From the human T2T-CHM13v2.0 reference genome, Homo sapiens: a stretch of DNA of 64,000 bases. Of the stretch, positions 1-14,577 are shown in pieces (the first letter of the stretch is position 1; every line of letters starts with the position of its first letter). The stretch lies in NCBI RefSeq assembly GCF_009914755.1, contig NC_060935.1. One strand, given 5' to 3'. The notes beneath the pieces were generated by a model that saw only the letters and a program-made list of their open reading frames with translations, did not search any database and had not been told where the DNA came from. Both the position numbers and the translations under genes were made by a program.

Positions 1-254
1 TGACTCTGGCTGTTCACAAAGCCCAGTTCTGTCTTTTCTGGACATCATAATCCAACCGCATGACCTTTTATTGGCCACTGCCCCTCTCTGGGCCCCACAT
101 GTGTTCCTTCTCTGTGAATGAGGGAGGAGGACTAGAGGCTCTCCGAGGAGTCTTTCAGGCCTGACATCCTGTAGTCCTTGGATTCTCACTCCCCTCTCTG
201 CTTCCCTCCACGAGATATTTGTGTAGAAAGCTGTTCATCTCTTGTGCAGTTTCA

Positions 255-540
<286 letters not shown>

Positions 541-1169
541 AAGAGGCATGCATCTTGCAAAGGGAAGAGGTCCCAAGCAGGCCAGATGGCCCAGGGCAGA
601 GGACATGGAAGTGGGTGCGTGGTCAGAAAGCTCCTTGAAGGTAGGGACTACATGTTACCGGTTTTGCTGTTTATTATAACACAGTTAAATGTTATGTTTT
701 AAATATTGTTCTAAAAACTTGCTTTTTAAACATAGGTTATATGATTGATAGCTTTCTGGGTCAAAACAAATAGATCTACTCCATTACTTTTAACTGCTGC
801 ATAGTTTTCTATTATATAGATGCATAATTATTTATTTATTGTAGTTATTTTTTAAATTAGAAGTATGTGTGAGAGGAAAAAGCAAACAGTGTAAAAGATA
901 CAAAATAAAAACTCTCCCTTCCTACCCTCACCTCTCCCCACAAGGCTCATGATCCAAAGTCAACCACAACAGCTTCTGGCCTTAGTTATTTGATGGCCAA
1001 CATTTATTATATTAGATAATATGCTTCAGCCCTTTTTTCTCAGTTTATCTATTTATCTATTAACTGTCTGCTATGAAAGTTGAGGAAATTAGCACACATC
1101 CTTCCCCTCCAATTTGTATTACTTTGATAAGTTTTTATCAAATTACATTTGATATTATCTATTTTTAGT

Positions 1170-1740
1170 TCATAGCATTATATGTACTATATAACATATA
1201 TACACCATATATAATATATCCTATATATTAATATAAGTATAAATCTTCTAAATCTTAATAATGTAACATAATAGTAATAGACTAAATAACACATACCATA
1301 TAGCATTATAGATACTATAAAGATTATGTATTATATAGTGTAGCACTACATATTATATATAATATGTAATGTATACTCTGTAGTATATTCTCTATATAAT
1401 ATAGTATATAGCATTATATATCATACATAATACTGTATACTACATGATATATAATATATAATACTATACACTATATTATATAGTATACTATATAATATAT
1501 GCAGTATTTTAAAATCACATATAATAGTATAATATACATTATATAATATGTAATATTATATGTTAGTATATATAATCATATGAGGTATATTATGTGCTAT
1601 GTACTATAATACATATGTATGCTGTGTACTATAATATATAATTATATATGATATATAGGATCTATAGTATGCCATATACTTTTATACTGTATATAATATA
1701 CTGTATATAGTACTACATATTATATTTTGCATAATAATAA
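1170..1740. repeat. Degenerate (TA)n / AT-rich low-complexity tract
   Basis: About 570 bp of TATA/TAGTA/TACTA units with almost no G+C runs. Confidence 0.9.
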
Positions 1741-2059
1741 GTTATCTATGATTTTTACATTGTTAAGATTTAGAAGATTTATACTGTTACATTGCTGTAG
1801 TTTACCTCTGCATTCTATAGGTGATTATAAGATGGAAATCTGTTTAAAAGCATTAAAACCACTGTGGGCATGGCAATATATTCAACCACAGAACTAAGCA
1901 GTGTGAATGGCCTGTGGAAGGGTCGTTACAACGTGGCTGCTGTGGAAGAACCTTCTGAGCCCTGTGGTGTCATGACTGGTGCCCTGAGCAGCCACTCTTT
2001 CTTGTTCAGTGTTCTCCGCCTCTTCGGATTTCTTCGTTTGCTGGGCTACAACCTCTAGT

Positions 2060-2455
2060 TATTTTTTATATCAACGAGTGGGAAATAAACTCCAAGTTCT
2101 CACATGTCCAACACTGGCTTTGTCTTCATACTTGACTGATAATCGGACTGCGCTCAGAATCCCAGGTTCAAAACCTTTTTCTCCTAGAACTTGCTGACAT
2201 GGCTGCACCATCTCCTTGTTTCCGATCTTGCAATGAGGATCCATGGGAACATGTGGTTCTCTCTTCTTTTCCCATTAAAGTTCTGATTTCACCACCATGT
2301 GTTGGGGCTTGAGGTTTGCTTTCTGTTCTCCTTTCTTAGCGCTGGGATCTTTTAAGTCTGAAGTCACCTGTCTGCTTCAGCACAGGGAAATCTCCATTTT
2401 GCTACGACTTCATTTCTTTTCCTTTGTCGTCTGTTTTCTCCTTCTGGGACATCCA
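2060..2455 (-). mobile_element. Old L1 (L1M/L1ME-like) fragment
   Basis: T-rich sequence resembling antisense L1ME (agaatcccaggttcaaaacctttttctcctagaactt; cttcagcacagggaaa; cttctgggacatcc). Confidence 0.4.
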
Positions 2456-5400
2456 TTGCCCTGCACAGTGCCTGACACAGAATAGGTGCTCAGTAAATGA
2501 GGCCTGGATTTGCTACTTGGGACCTGGGTTCTAATTAGGGCCCTATCTCCAACTTGCTGCATGGACTTGGGCAAGTTTCCTTATTTGTCTCGGGAAGAAG
2601 TCAGACCTCATGATGACTCAGGACCCTTCCACCTCTGTTGGTTGTCTGACAGTCTGCCCTAGTGCCTGGAGTTCCCACTGCTTCCAGAATTGGAGAAGAA
2701 GCGTTCATTTCCTGAGGAGTGAAGAAAAGGCTGAGGCTGGGTTTCAGGTCAGCCGCAGCAGCTGGCTTCTCACTGTGGACAGCTCCTTTGGACCCTCCAT
2801 CTCCCCAGCATCCGCTCTCTGTCCCCCTTGGGGAGCTCTCTGCCTGACCTTCCCCATCATTCTGAAATGGGCTTCCTCACCTCCCTGTCTCCCTCTGCCC
2901 ATCTTCCCTACTCCCCACACTTCCCCAGCTCACACACACACAGCTTCTGCTAGTGAAATCATCCCTGACCGTGGCAAGTGCCTCATTAAGTGAGCTCTTT
3001 TTCTCACGTTTATGAACTGCAGGACAAAGAGACAGCAGACTGCTCTTCCCAGTGCCACAAAGCACAGGCTCTCACTGGAGACAGCCAGGCCCTAAACAGA
3101 GAAGAAAGCTCCGAGGGGGGCTGAAGACAGCAAGGATCGTCCCCAGCCCCAGGCAAACTTGTGCCCTTGGGGAGTCATCTTAGAAGAGTAGCCCCGTTTC
3201 CTTCTCCTTCCCATCCCAGAGCCTGGCTCTGGGAGCAGACATCTCACATGCAGCACCCTGCCTGCTCCGATCAACCTACTCTGGACAGAACCTCCTGATC
3301 TGGAAGTAGAGACACTTTGTTCCTTTTCCCTGGACAGGCTTGACCCTGGAAGACCCAGACTAACAAATGCTCAGATCCCAGGGGATTAGTAACCGTTCTA
3401 AGCATCCTAATTGGTCCCTGAGGACCAGAGTCCACTGTGCAAAATTGCCTTCTTCTCCTCCTCTTCTTCCACTCCCTGGTCCTTGCCCTAGCATGAGAGA
3501 TGATGTCCATCTCACTGGAGAAAGAAGAGGGCAAAGTGAAGGCATGATCTTGAACATCGAGACTACAAGGATTCTGTGCTAAAGGCAGGACTCTTTCTTT
3601 CCACCCAGACCATAATGATAGGAAATGGGTTGCGTTGCGCAAGTCAGAATTAAGCTTCACTGCGAGTTATAATTTTCAGACCCATTCCTAGTATTCAAAG
3701 ACTCTGCTGCTAATATGAAACACTCCTCCTCTGTGTCTGAGAGCAGCTGAAAGGGCCAGCACATGACTAAAGTTTTCCCTCTTAGGAGCCAGAAAACCAT
3801 AGCCCCTTTCCAAGGCTGGAGGTTGAAGGGGACGGGACCTGGCAGAGAACAACCCGAGCCAGTGGGAGGTAGAACACAGCTCCGTCCTCGCACTTCTGTT
3901 TAATAGCTGCCTGCCTCAGAGGATGTGGGTAATAACCCTGCTGCTGGCTCACTGGCTGCCCATTCAGACTGCTGCCTGGAATCTCTCTGGGCTGAGAGCG
4001 GAAGAGAAGACTCTGAAGTGAACAGGAAGGGGCTTCTTTGGCAATCTTGGACTCAGGGAGATATGACAAGAGAGGGGATGCTCCCTAACGATGGGGTGCC
4101 CTGACTTGAAAACACTAATACTGCTCCACTGGACACGCTTTCCCAAGATACAGCCAGCTGCCTCTTAGCCTGTGCGTCATGGACAGATTTCATTCCAGAA
4201 CAGGGACTTCTTTACAGCTGTGGGTGGTCCCTGGAAAGCCAAGGGTGTGTGGGGAAAGGCCAAGTGGAGACCGTCACAGAGAGCAGGCTGACTGCATGCC
4301 CCCTTCTACCCCACTTCACTCCTCCTGGGCCCCAGCAGGGCCCCTCAGTCCAGTATGACAAGACAGAGACACTGACAGAATCCCAGTAATGTGATTCAGA
4401 GCCCTGGCCCCAGAGCCGCCAAGAGCAGGGTGAGGCACAGACAGCCTGGCTTTCGTATGTGCCCCATGCGTTCCCGGAGCTCTGCTCCCAGACAGCTACG
4501 ACACATTATCAGATTCCAATTATACATCGCCTTTGAGATGCAGTCTTCAGCCATACATTTCCATCATTTTGTGTTCTTTAATTTTGTTCCTTCTCCTCCT
4601 AATTGAACACACAGTCCAATGAGTCCACGATGAAGACTCAAGATTTGCCGCTTTCAGCTCGCTTAACGTTTTCCATCTTCGTCTCAGTCGTATTATGTTT
4701 ATGAGACCCCTACTTCTTATCGCTGGGATCAGCACTTTCATTTTCCCATCTCCTGCTCATTTTTATAAAATAATAAGAGCAAAATGCAATGAAATATTTA
4801 ACAAAATGTGTACACACACTGCTGTAGCAGGATGACAGGGCTGATGGAAGGAACTTCCCTACCGTGGGAAGGCACAGAGTGTGTGTCCATTAACTGATGT
4901 ACAAAAGCCCAGGCTCGGCAACACAGAAGACATTTAGTGGTGTCAGTATAACATGATGCTTGGAAAATCAGGGCATAGGAAAGTCAAAGGACAGCCAGTA
5001 TTCGAGGGCCCAACTCTAAACTGGCAGCTTGGTTTTATAATCAGCCTCACCTTTTCTGCACTTCTCCAGTTTCTAGGAGTCTCAGTCCTTCCCTGCTATT
5101 TCCTGCCCTCACCCTGAGACTTCCAGTTAAACCTGCAGACTCTGGGATCAGACTGTGTGTAACATCTGGAAACTTCCTCAAAGCCCCGGTTTGCTCACCC
5201 ACGAATGGGAACAACCGTAATGCCGACACCATCTGGTTGTTAAGGAAAAGAGACCAGGTGACCCGTATCTACTGTTAGTGTCATGCCTGGGGCACAGGGA
5301 CGGCTCAGTAAGTGGCAGTTGTTATTAATTCTATATTATCATCTCACCCACATCCAAATTGGCTCCAGAAACTAACCAACTTATTCTCACTGTTGTGTAA

Positions 5401-5467
5401 ATGGCTGCTGGGACTCAAAGGGTTATGCTTCTTGGATTGGCTTGTTTTACATTTTAAGAGCAAGCCA

Positions 5468-6085
<618 letters not shown>

Positions 6086-9000
6086 GAGTTAAGCCAAAGA
6101 AATTAAACTATAACCATGTATATATATTGAGGCTCCATAAGGAGGTAGACTTTGTGCAGTCATATTGTATAGGCTGCCCCTTCTCCCCCAGTGAACATGC
6201 AAGGCAGAGCCATGATCTTGTCTGCTGGGGGGAACAGGGGCCAGTGGGCAAGATGGGACATGCGGGTGAGGAGCAGATTTTCCATAACACAGAAACATGC
6301 ATGATGATTATTCCCGCCTTGATTTCCCACGTGTAGTCCTGGAGTGGAAGGGGAAGAAAGGCTTCATGGAACAGTAGGCTTTGGAGCCAAGTGTTGATGA
6401 AGGGAACGGCATGGCTGTGAAATACAGAACACCTTGGTAGCGGACAAGAAACACAGCAAAAGGCACGAGAGCATCTTAGGTTGGGCGACGGAGGGAGTAT
6501 CTGCTGGGGTGCGAGTCTGTGTGGCCGCGCCACGTCCTCTCGCATCATGGCTGTCATCTTCCCTTCCCCAGGGCTGGCTTTCCTGAAGCTCAGGAACACA
6601 GAGCCAGTGTACCCGCCCTCCTTCCAAGGGGGTGGTGAGGACCAAGGGTGGGGCAGCCTGGCTGGGCAGCCTTTCCTCCTCTAGCCGATCCCATTGCCAT
6701 GGGCTCTATTTAGAGCTCTTGTTTCTTGTGAGCTCTGCCTGGGCCACCAGGAAGGTGCAGGAAGGGCACACGTTGGCTGGGTATGAGCGTCTCAGGAACT
6801 AGTGGCTTTTCAATGATAAATTGAATGCACAGAGCCACTTGCTTCCACAACTCTGACTCTTGACTTTTTTTTTTTTTTCCTAAAGGCAAGTTTTAAAATT
6901 TGGAACAAGGTATCATCTAGCCAGAGGACACAGTACAGTCCTCAGAGAGAAAAGGGGCCTGGCTGACCCTTTTAGCTCCGCTGGCTCCAGGAGAATCTGA
7001 GGTTGCACCAGAGGTGGAATGCGTAGGCTTCAGGGTCCCTCGCCTCCATGCCCTCCTTCCCCCACCAGCCCCTGCTCCGGCCACCCTACTCACACCTTAC
7101 ATGGTCCCCATGCCTGCTTTCCTCCTCCCCCCAGCTCCCAGTGAGCGTCAGGGCCCTCCTGACTGCCTCAGAGAAGAGAGACTTATGAAAGGGTGGGAGC
7201 CCGAGAGGGCTGCCGGAGGTGGCTCTGCGCTTTTCCACCTGGGATCCCAGCGCTGGAGCTGTTTGTCTGTCTCTGTTGAGTTGTGGGTCTCAGGGGCCCG
7301 GCCTGTGTTGTTTTCTCAGCTCAGTGCCTGAGCGGCTGCTGTCAGCTCTTGACAAATAATAATAAACCTGGGAATCAGGTTTGTCGAGGGGGACTTCAGT
7401 CCCAGGTTCATTTTCAGATCTGTTTCTCTGTGAGTGTGTGCAGACGAGAGAGCACATGATAGTGTCTCTGGGGGAGGGGCGGGCCGGGGCTCCCAGGTGC
7501 CCTGACACTCCACCCTAGCCACCACCGTGGAGGAGCTGGAGGGCTCTCCACTGTCCCGATCCCTGGAGCTGCTTGCATGTTGAAAAAAAAAAGGAAAATA
7601 ATTGAATAAAAGGCCTCAAGCTCTCTTCTTTCCCTGGGCCTCCCCACCTCTCCCACTCTTGTTGTTTGGCTAGAGATGGAGGGGCTGGAGAGGAAAACAA
7701 AAGGGCAGAATCCGCTCTCTAGGTTAGAAGGTTCCAAGGGGGCCACAGGCTGGGGGAGGGAGTTGGCTCAGAGCACCCCAGGGCAGCAGCTGTGGCCTCC
7801 CTCCTGCCTCCATTCCTGGGGGTGAACAATAGGGGGAGGGGCTCCTGGAATGGGAGAGGTACCCTAAGTTGAACATCACTGGCAAAAGCGGGACCCAGGT
7901 GTGGTGAGTGTGAGTTTTGGGGACACAATAGTCATGGCCTCTGGGGCAGAGCAGCACCCACTTTCCAGCAGACAGGACCCACCGCAGGTCACTGCAGCCA
8001 TCCCCCTGCCTCCAGGTAGGAAAAAGCGCACACCACTTCCGTGAGCAGAATGCAAGGGCTGTGCTCCCCCTTCCAGCCAGCATGCTTTTTTTTTTCTGTT
8101 TTTTGTTTTATTTTGTTTAAAGGAACCAAAGGGGGAAAAATTGCCAAGTTGTAAAGTGCTTAAAGAGGAGATGAGAATCTTCATCAAAATGCTAAAAGCT
8201 GGAGGGGAGAGTAATGTGAGAACTCTTGCCTGCTATTTATGGGATTGATTCTCAGATCAAGAAGAAGCAAGCAGTTGGATGAAAGGAATTATTGTTAAGC
8301 TCCTCGGTAGGAAGATCTAATGGACAATTGCCGCTATCAGGGGGAATTAAATTGCTGTTTCAGTTTGTAAAATATATCAGCAGCTTTTTGAAGCCAGAAA
8401 AGGTGTGACAGCGAGGCAGGGAGGGCGGTGGGGCTCCAGCACTCTTGTTCCCGGTGTGGAGAGGCGGGAGCAAGACCACGAAGAGGGCGCGGGAGCAGGG
8501 CGGGTGTTGCTCGTCTGACTCTCCTGCTCCGTGTTGTGAAGCCCAGTTAAAAAAAATAGCTGAACTGGGGACTCAAGGAGGAGAGACTGCAGGCCTGGAA
8601 CTCTGGCTTCTGTGTGAGTCAGAGCGGCATGGCTGTCAGCAAAGGGCAGGACGGTGGGGCTCCTCTCTGGGAAACCTGGTCGGGCTGGAGTTCAAGGAAG
8701 GCAAGTCCTGTCCATGGAGGAGGGAGCGGCTGAGGAGGGTGATGGACCCAGTGCTGGGGCCTGTCCCCAGACACTGCTTTATCATGCTGCTTGTGTGCCC
8801 ACTAATCCTCCCCATAGTGAACCATGGACACAGAGGGACCCGGCACCCTCTCCTCCAGGGTGGGTCTCTAATGTAAGCTTCTGCTCATCTCTAGGCTGGG
8901 GTCAGTGAGTGCATAAGTGATCTGTTGGCCCGACCACAGTGAGGACATATTGTTACTCCAAATAAAGAACAAACAGTAAAATGGTCTTGGGAGTGGAGAC

Positions 9001-11442
9001 GGGAGAGGAGGTTTAGGCCCTCGGAAGTAGGGCCACAGGCCATTAGGGGGAGGCCACGCTCCTTGGGATGGAAATTGGGGGTTGGATGGGAAGGGTCTCT
9101 GGGTTTTCTGGTCTCACAGAAGGCTCTTACCATTTCCAAAGCATTCACTCCATGTGGCATTTAAGGGCTGAAGGAGGATTGAGGGAGAGAGATCTGCACA
9201 TCTCTTAGGGAGTCAGAAGCAGGCAGTCCTAGCCAAAGCTCATGCTGGCTTCTGCTCTGTCCCCACTCTGTTCCCTGGACACCAGCATCGTGATATTAGG
9301 GCATGACCTGGCACCACCTCCCAAGTTGGCTTCCCAGAAGGGCAGCAAATGACAATTAGTATGGAGAGCTATGGGTGGCCAAAGCGTCTGCTTGTCTTGG
9401 TTGTCATCTTTGCCTCCCCACTGAGTATTCCAAGGAGGACCCGGAGGGGCAGTAGGGAAGCAGGTGTTCTGGCTGTGACATTCTGCAAGGACTTGGGCTC
9501 TGTGCTGGGTGCGGTGTGCCCTGGGACCTGGGTCATTGTGGAGTCGCGGCTTATTTTTGACCTCTTAGCTGGCCTTCAGGACACAGAGTGAACAAGGATG
9601 TGAGACCTGAGTGCAAATCCCACTCAGTTCCTCTGCACCTGTCCCTCCTTCAGTAACATAGATATGTACAAACTCCCTCCCTGGCTCCCAGGCCCCACTC
9701 CAAGCCTGACCTCAGCAGACTGGAGGATCTCCATTTCCCCCCATCAGCCTAGGATCAGAAAGACAGGCAGAGAGCAGCACCCACTCAGCCCCACATTCCT
9801 GCTGCCTGAATCCTCAGGGTCCCCAGCTTCCTTTCAGCACCCACAGTCCCTGGGGTGAAGAGGCAGGCGAGGGTGTTTGCTGTGCTGTAAGGTGGGGCGG
9901 GCTCTGGGGAGCTTGCCCCTCTTCCCAAATTCCTTAGTCCTCCCCTCCAGGAGCATCCACTTCTCCCTCTTTTTGAAACATTTCAACACAACAACTGATT
10001 TGGAGGTGACAAACCCCTGCTCACATGGTCAAGCCTCCCAGCCCATGGTGCATCCTCTCTCTCCATTCTGTCCTCCTCTGCCACCACAAATTGACCTCAC
10101 CCTTGTCACTGCTCAGTTCTCGGTGCCAACCCCATCCACCAAGCCTCAGGGACCACCAAGCTCTGGCAGACACCCCGCCTCCAGCTTGTCACTTCTAGCC
10201 CTTACTGGGTTTTGCAGAGAGACCTGGTGCATGTGTGTGTTTCTATGTGTGTGTGCTCGCGTGCACCCACACGCCTTTGCTTCTTTAGATAAATCCACAG
10301 AGTCACATGAAATCAGTGACAGGTTGACACCGTTATTTCAAGATTCATCGCTATGAGTTGCCAGCAGAGCAGACCTAGCCAACTCCGTTCTACCAGCAAC
10401 ACTTTTTTTTTCCAGGCATAATTTATAGCACTGGGGTGAATTTGTTTCCAAAAGATGAATATCACACTATCAGCAACAGCTGCCTCTCATTTTTATTTGT
10501 TTTTAAATTTGACTCAAAGTCCAATTCTCCATACACATCCCAAGCTGCAAATCCTAAGGCGACTGATTACATGATTTAGTAAACAGGTTATATTATATAA
10601 TGCAATTAAAGCGGGCCCTGCGACGCCACCTACAGGCCACTTCTGGGAAGGGAGCTGGGCCAGAGAAGATCATTTTGGACGCGGCGTTGGGGCTGAGGGA
10701 AAAAGAGACGGATTGCGCCAGGGTTGAGGAGGCTGCCCCAGAGGGAGATGTTGAAGCCAGCCAGGTTACTAATGCAGCTTTTCGGTCCCTCCTGCTGAGT
10801 TCACTGTGTTATTTCAGCCTCCTGCAAATCTGTCTAGACGTCAGAACCCAGGCCTGGGCAGCTGCTCAGAGGGGACGGCTTGGGGGTGGGGGTGGAGGGG
10901 TAACCTGGGGGCGTCTGGGCTGAAGGGATTGACAGCTCCTGGCTCGCTGACCTCAGGGGCCTCCTTCCCACTCTCCAACTAGATGGGAGGAAGAGAAGTC
11001 CGGTGCTGGCTGGCCTTTAGAAAGAAGCTACAATCCAACCCTTTCCGTTCCATTCAACAAGCATGTGTGCAGTGCAAATCCTGGGCAAAGGCTTCCCGAA
11101 TGTTCTGGGGAAATCCCTTCATTCTGCAGTCCGAGAGGGAAAGTGACTTGTACAGATTACAGAATAAGTGGTAGATTCTACTGGATGTGGAATCCAGAAT
11201 TTTTTTTACCCCAAGGCCAGGCTTAGATCATGGGAACTGAGAACTGAGGGGTGGCCCTGTGAATTCCCTCATCCAATCCCAAAGTTTACAGATGGGGAAA
11301 TTGAGACCCAGACAGAGGATGTGACTTCCACAGCCCCTACCTGTCTCAAGGGAAGGAAAATCATGAACATGCTGCTTGTATGTGTCGGAGGACAGACAAG
11401 AAGCATTCCTAGCGGCCCTCATGACTGCCTCTTAGCTGCTAT

Positions 11443-11547
11443 GGAAGGAAGGAAGGAAGGGAGGAAGGAGGGAGGGAAGAAGGGACAGGAAGGGAGGAAG
11501 GAAAGGAGGATGGAAGGGGGGAAGGAAGGGAGGAAGGAGGGGAGGAG
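11443..11547 (+). repeat. Interrupted (GGAA/GGAG)n purine-rich microsatellite
   Basis: ggaaggaaggaaggaagggaggaaggagggagggaag... over about 105 bp. Confidence 0.9.
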
Positions 11548-14535
11548 GTCAGGGGCCAGAAGACAGGCAGACCCAGGGCCACCGTCCCCTCTATCCCTCT
11601 CTCTGAACTCCAGCACTCTTCAGATGAACGGGGCTCTGGGCCTGAAGGCTTCTAGCTTCTCCAAAGAGTTCTTCTAAGAGGGTAACATCACTGCAAAGCA
11701 ATTCCTGGAGAGAAGGGACTCACTTCCCCGGGGCTGAGAAAGACACTTGACCAGAGGGAGTGGGCGGAATGGCGTGAAGGAAGAAAACAGGACTGTCAGA
11801 GTCCAGGAGGGTGGGAGTGTCCCCTCACCCTTGTCCTTGTGCCAGCCATGGGCCCCGTCTCCAGTTTGGGGCAGGTGGGTGGGACAGTGAGGGGCCAAGC
11901 GAGCTGGCCCTACTTTCCCTATCCCCCATCAATTTGTCTCAGCTAGGGTCAGGGGCCAGGAACAAATGCTGTCAGGCCAGCTGGCCAGAGAGTTCCCAAT
12001 TAGACTTTGTGTCTCATCCTTAAGGCCCTGAGCCCCCAACCCCGGCACACTGGCCCAATTACTGCCTGGCAGCATTAACCCCTTTGTGCCCCAGGCCATT
12101 AATGGAATGTTAATTGGTCTAATGGGTTTCATGTCAACAAGTCCTAATGAGCTCCTTCCTAATGAGCTTGGTATTTTTTTTCTGAGCCTGTTTGTCAGCA
12201 CACTGGATTTGGGGCTCCAGACTGCCGACCTGGTGGTGCAGGGCTGTGGGGAGCATGGGTTGAGGAGGCTGAGGGAGGTGGGTGCCCAGGACTGCCCATC
12301 CCATTTCCTAAAGGGGTGTGCTTTTATGACTTTGCATCCACTGATCCTGCCTCGGTGGCTCCTGGGCTCTCTAAAATGACATTTTAGTTTCTTCTGATGA
12401 TATCAGAGACACAAATGATTTCTTCTTGGATGTCATTGTGGGGTCAAGTGTTGCAATAGAATTTTTCCCTCCTAGATGTCATATCATAAAGGTTTTCAGC
12501 ACTGAACAAAACAAAACAAAACAAATCAAAAAGCAACCTTTCCCTGTGAGCCTGTTCGCGATGGGAAATCTCTCCATGGGAGATGCTCCTCATCTGTCCT
12601 CCACTTGCAGTCTTGACTGTGCCCCCTTGAATGCCCAGGTGTCTGGTGACAGAGCACTGGGGCCTCTGGACAGGGCCAAGCAGCCTCTCAGAATCCGTGA
12701 CAAAAGCTCTGAAGCCCGGGGCTAGGTTTGCAGGGGCTCAGGCCTGCTGCTCCCCTCCCTCTCCCAAAGAAAATGCAAAAAGGGCAGGCTTCCCCCAAAG
12801 GGCCAGGACCCCCGCTGTGGCTCAAAGAGTTCCCCCACACCCCACTGCAAAGTCCCAGCCAAGTCACAGATAAGGCGAGTCAGATCCCCAAATTCCTCTC
12901 CAGGATGGTTGCACGTGGCCCCTCAGGAACCGGGGAAGTGCACGTGTGGGTGGAGAGGTGTGAGGAAAAGAGCCAGCTTCCGGACACGGGTGCAGGGTCT
13001 CCAGCAGCTGAGCTCCCGGAGTGTCAAGTTGCCGGAGGCTTCTGTGCCTGAGCAAGCAGAGAAGGAAACTTAAGCCTCTAATGAAAAGGCCTCCTGTTCT
13101 CTTGCAGGAGAAGCCCCCAGAGGGTAATGGGGCAGTGGCCTAGTGGCCTGTGGTGACCCCAAGGAGGGGGAGGGGCCAGGGCCATCTGGGTCCTCAGAAT
13201 ATTGTTCCTGTGTCTTCTTTCGACGCGGGTCTGGCCCTGCTCCGCAGCCTGGTGGGCTCAGGACTGAACAGTCTCCTCTCAGCCTCATGGGCGGTTGTCT
13301 CTGGGCACAGGCTACTCTTAACCTCCCCTCCTTAACCCCACACAGGGCAGCCCTCCTGCTGCTACAAATATTTCTGGGGACAGCGCCTCTAAAATGACCC
13401 TGCCTTCCATTCACTGGACAGTGAACAAAAGAATGTGAATGAAAGGCGCCTCTCTGTAGCCTATGCCCTCCTCGTTGAGCTTCCTTTGTTTTGCCTTCAT
13501 TATGACCTTCTAATCCATGGAATGAGGTTACCAAAAGACCCAAGCCCGAGGTTAAAGAGAACTAGTTGCCCCTAAGAGGGGGAGAAAGCCCTCCTTCCTG
13601 AGGCGGCTCCCACCCTGACTCTGCCCCCAGGCTCCCTCTTCTGGAGGCTGCAGGCACTACAGTGCTATGGCCCTTCACTTTTTTCCTGGCGGACGAGCAT
13701 CTGTGATCGATGCTCCCGGGAAGAGATTCCACCATCCTGGCCCTTGGGCCCTATCCAAAGTTGCCTTCTCTGCCAGAGTTCCAGGGAAGGCTATGTTTAA
13801 TAGGCCCCTGAAACATTCCTATTTCCTTTATTTTGTCAGGGTCCAAAAAAGAGAAATTCCACCCACTTTAATATCTCAAAAGTCTTAATTCTGGAAGTTC
13901 CTTCTGATGTCTCAAAAAGTCTATATCTTACCCCACCCCCACCTTTTTCCCTCTGCAATCCTCACTCTGCTCTTGGCTCTCTGGGATGCTGACCACCACC
14001 CAGACAAAGATCCAGCTGTGAACAGAGGCCTTGGTTCCCCTGCCTGAAGAGAGAGGCTCCCCCAAAGCCCCCTCCTGCGTCCCTTTGCAAAAGGAAATTG
14101 GATCTTAGGGACCAGCGGTGTGTGAGATGGGCGAGGCCCTGCATGCTGTTGTGAAGATATCCTGGTAGTCCGTCTTCTGAAGGAGGCCAGGCGGGGGCGA
14201 GTGACAGGCGGTGAGGCCGACGGAACCGGCCTGAAGTCGGCATTTTTAGCACCGGGGGAGCCATCCCTCCCTGTGCATTCTCCACCCACCTCCACCTCAT
14301 TTTCTTCCTTCCTTTAGGACCATGACCTCCCTCTCCTAGCCATGCCTCATTCATCTGTCCCACCACACTCCCCACACTGTTCTCTGCACAGAGTTGGTGG
14401 TTGGTAGACATCTATTGAGTGAAACAGGCCTTTCCAGTGCTTTTTGCAGAAGGTCAAAGCGTACTTGGTATCTTGGAGACTCAGGTCAGGTCAGAGTAGA
14501 TCTTACTTCCACTTCCTGAAAAAGAACCAAAAGAA

Positions 14536-14536
<1 letters not shown>

Positions 14537-14576
<40 letters not shown>
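14537..14576 (+). repeat. (CA)20 microsatellite
   Basis: Perfect dinucleotide run. Confidence 0.98.

Positions 14577-14577
<1 letters not shown>

Noticed and set aside
3635-3642. Perfect C/EBP palindrome TTGCGCAA
   Set aside because: A single 8-mer is expected about once by chance in a window of this size, and it has no supporting context.
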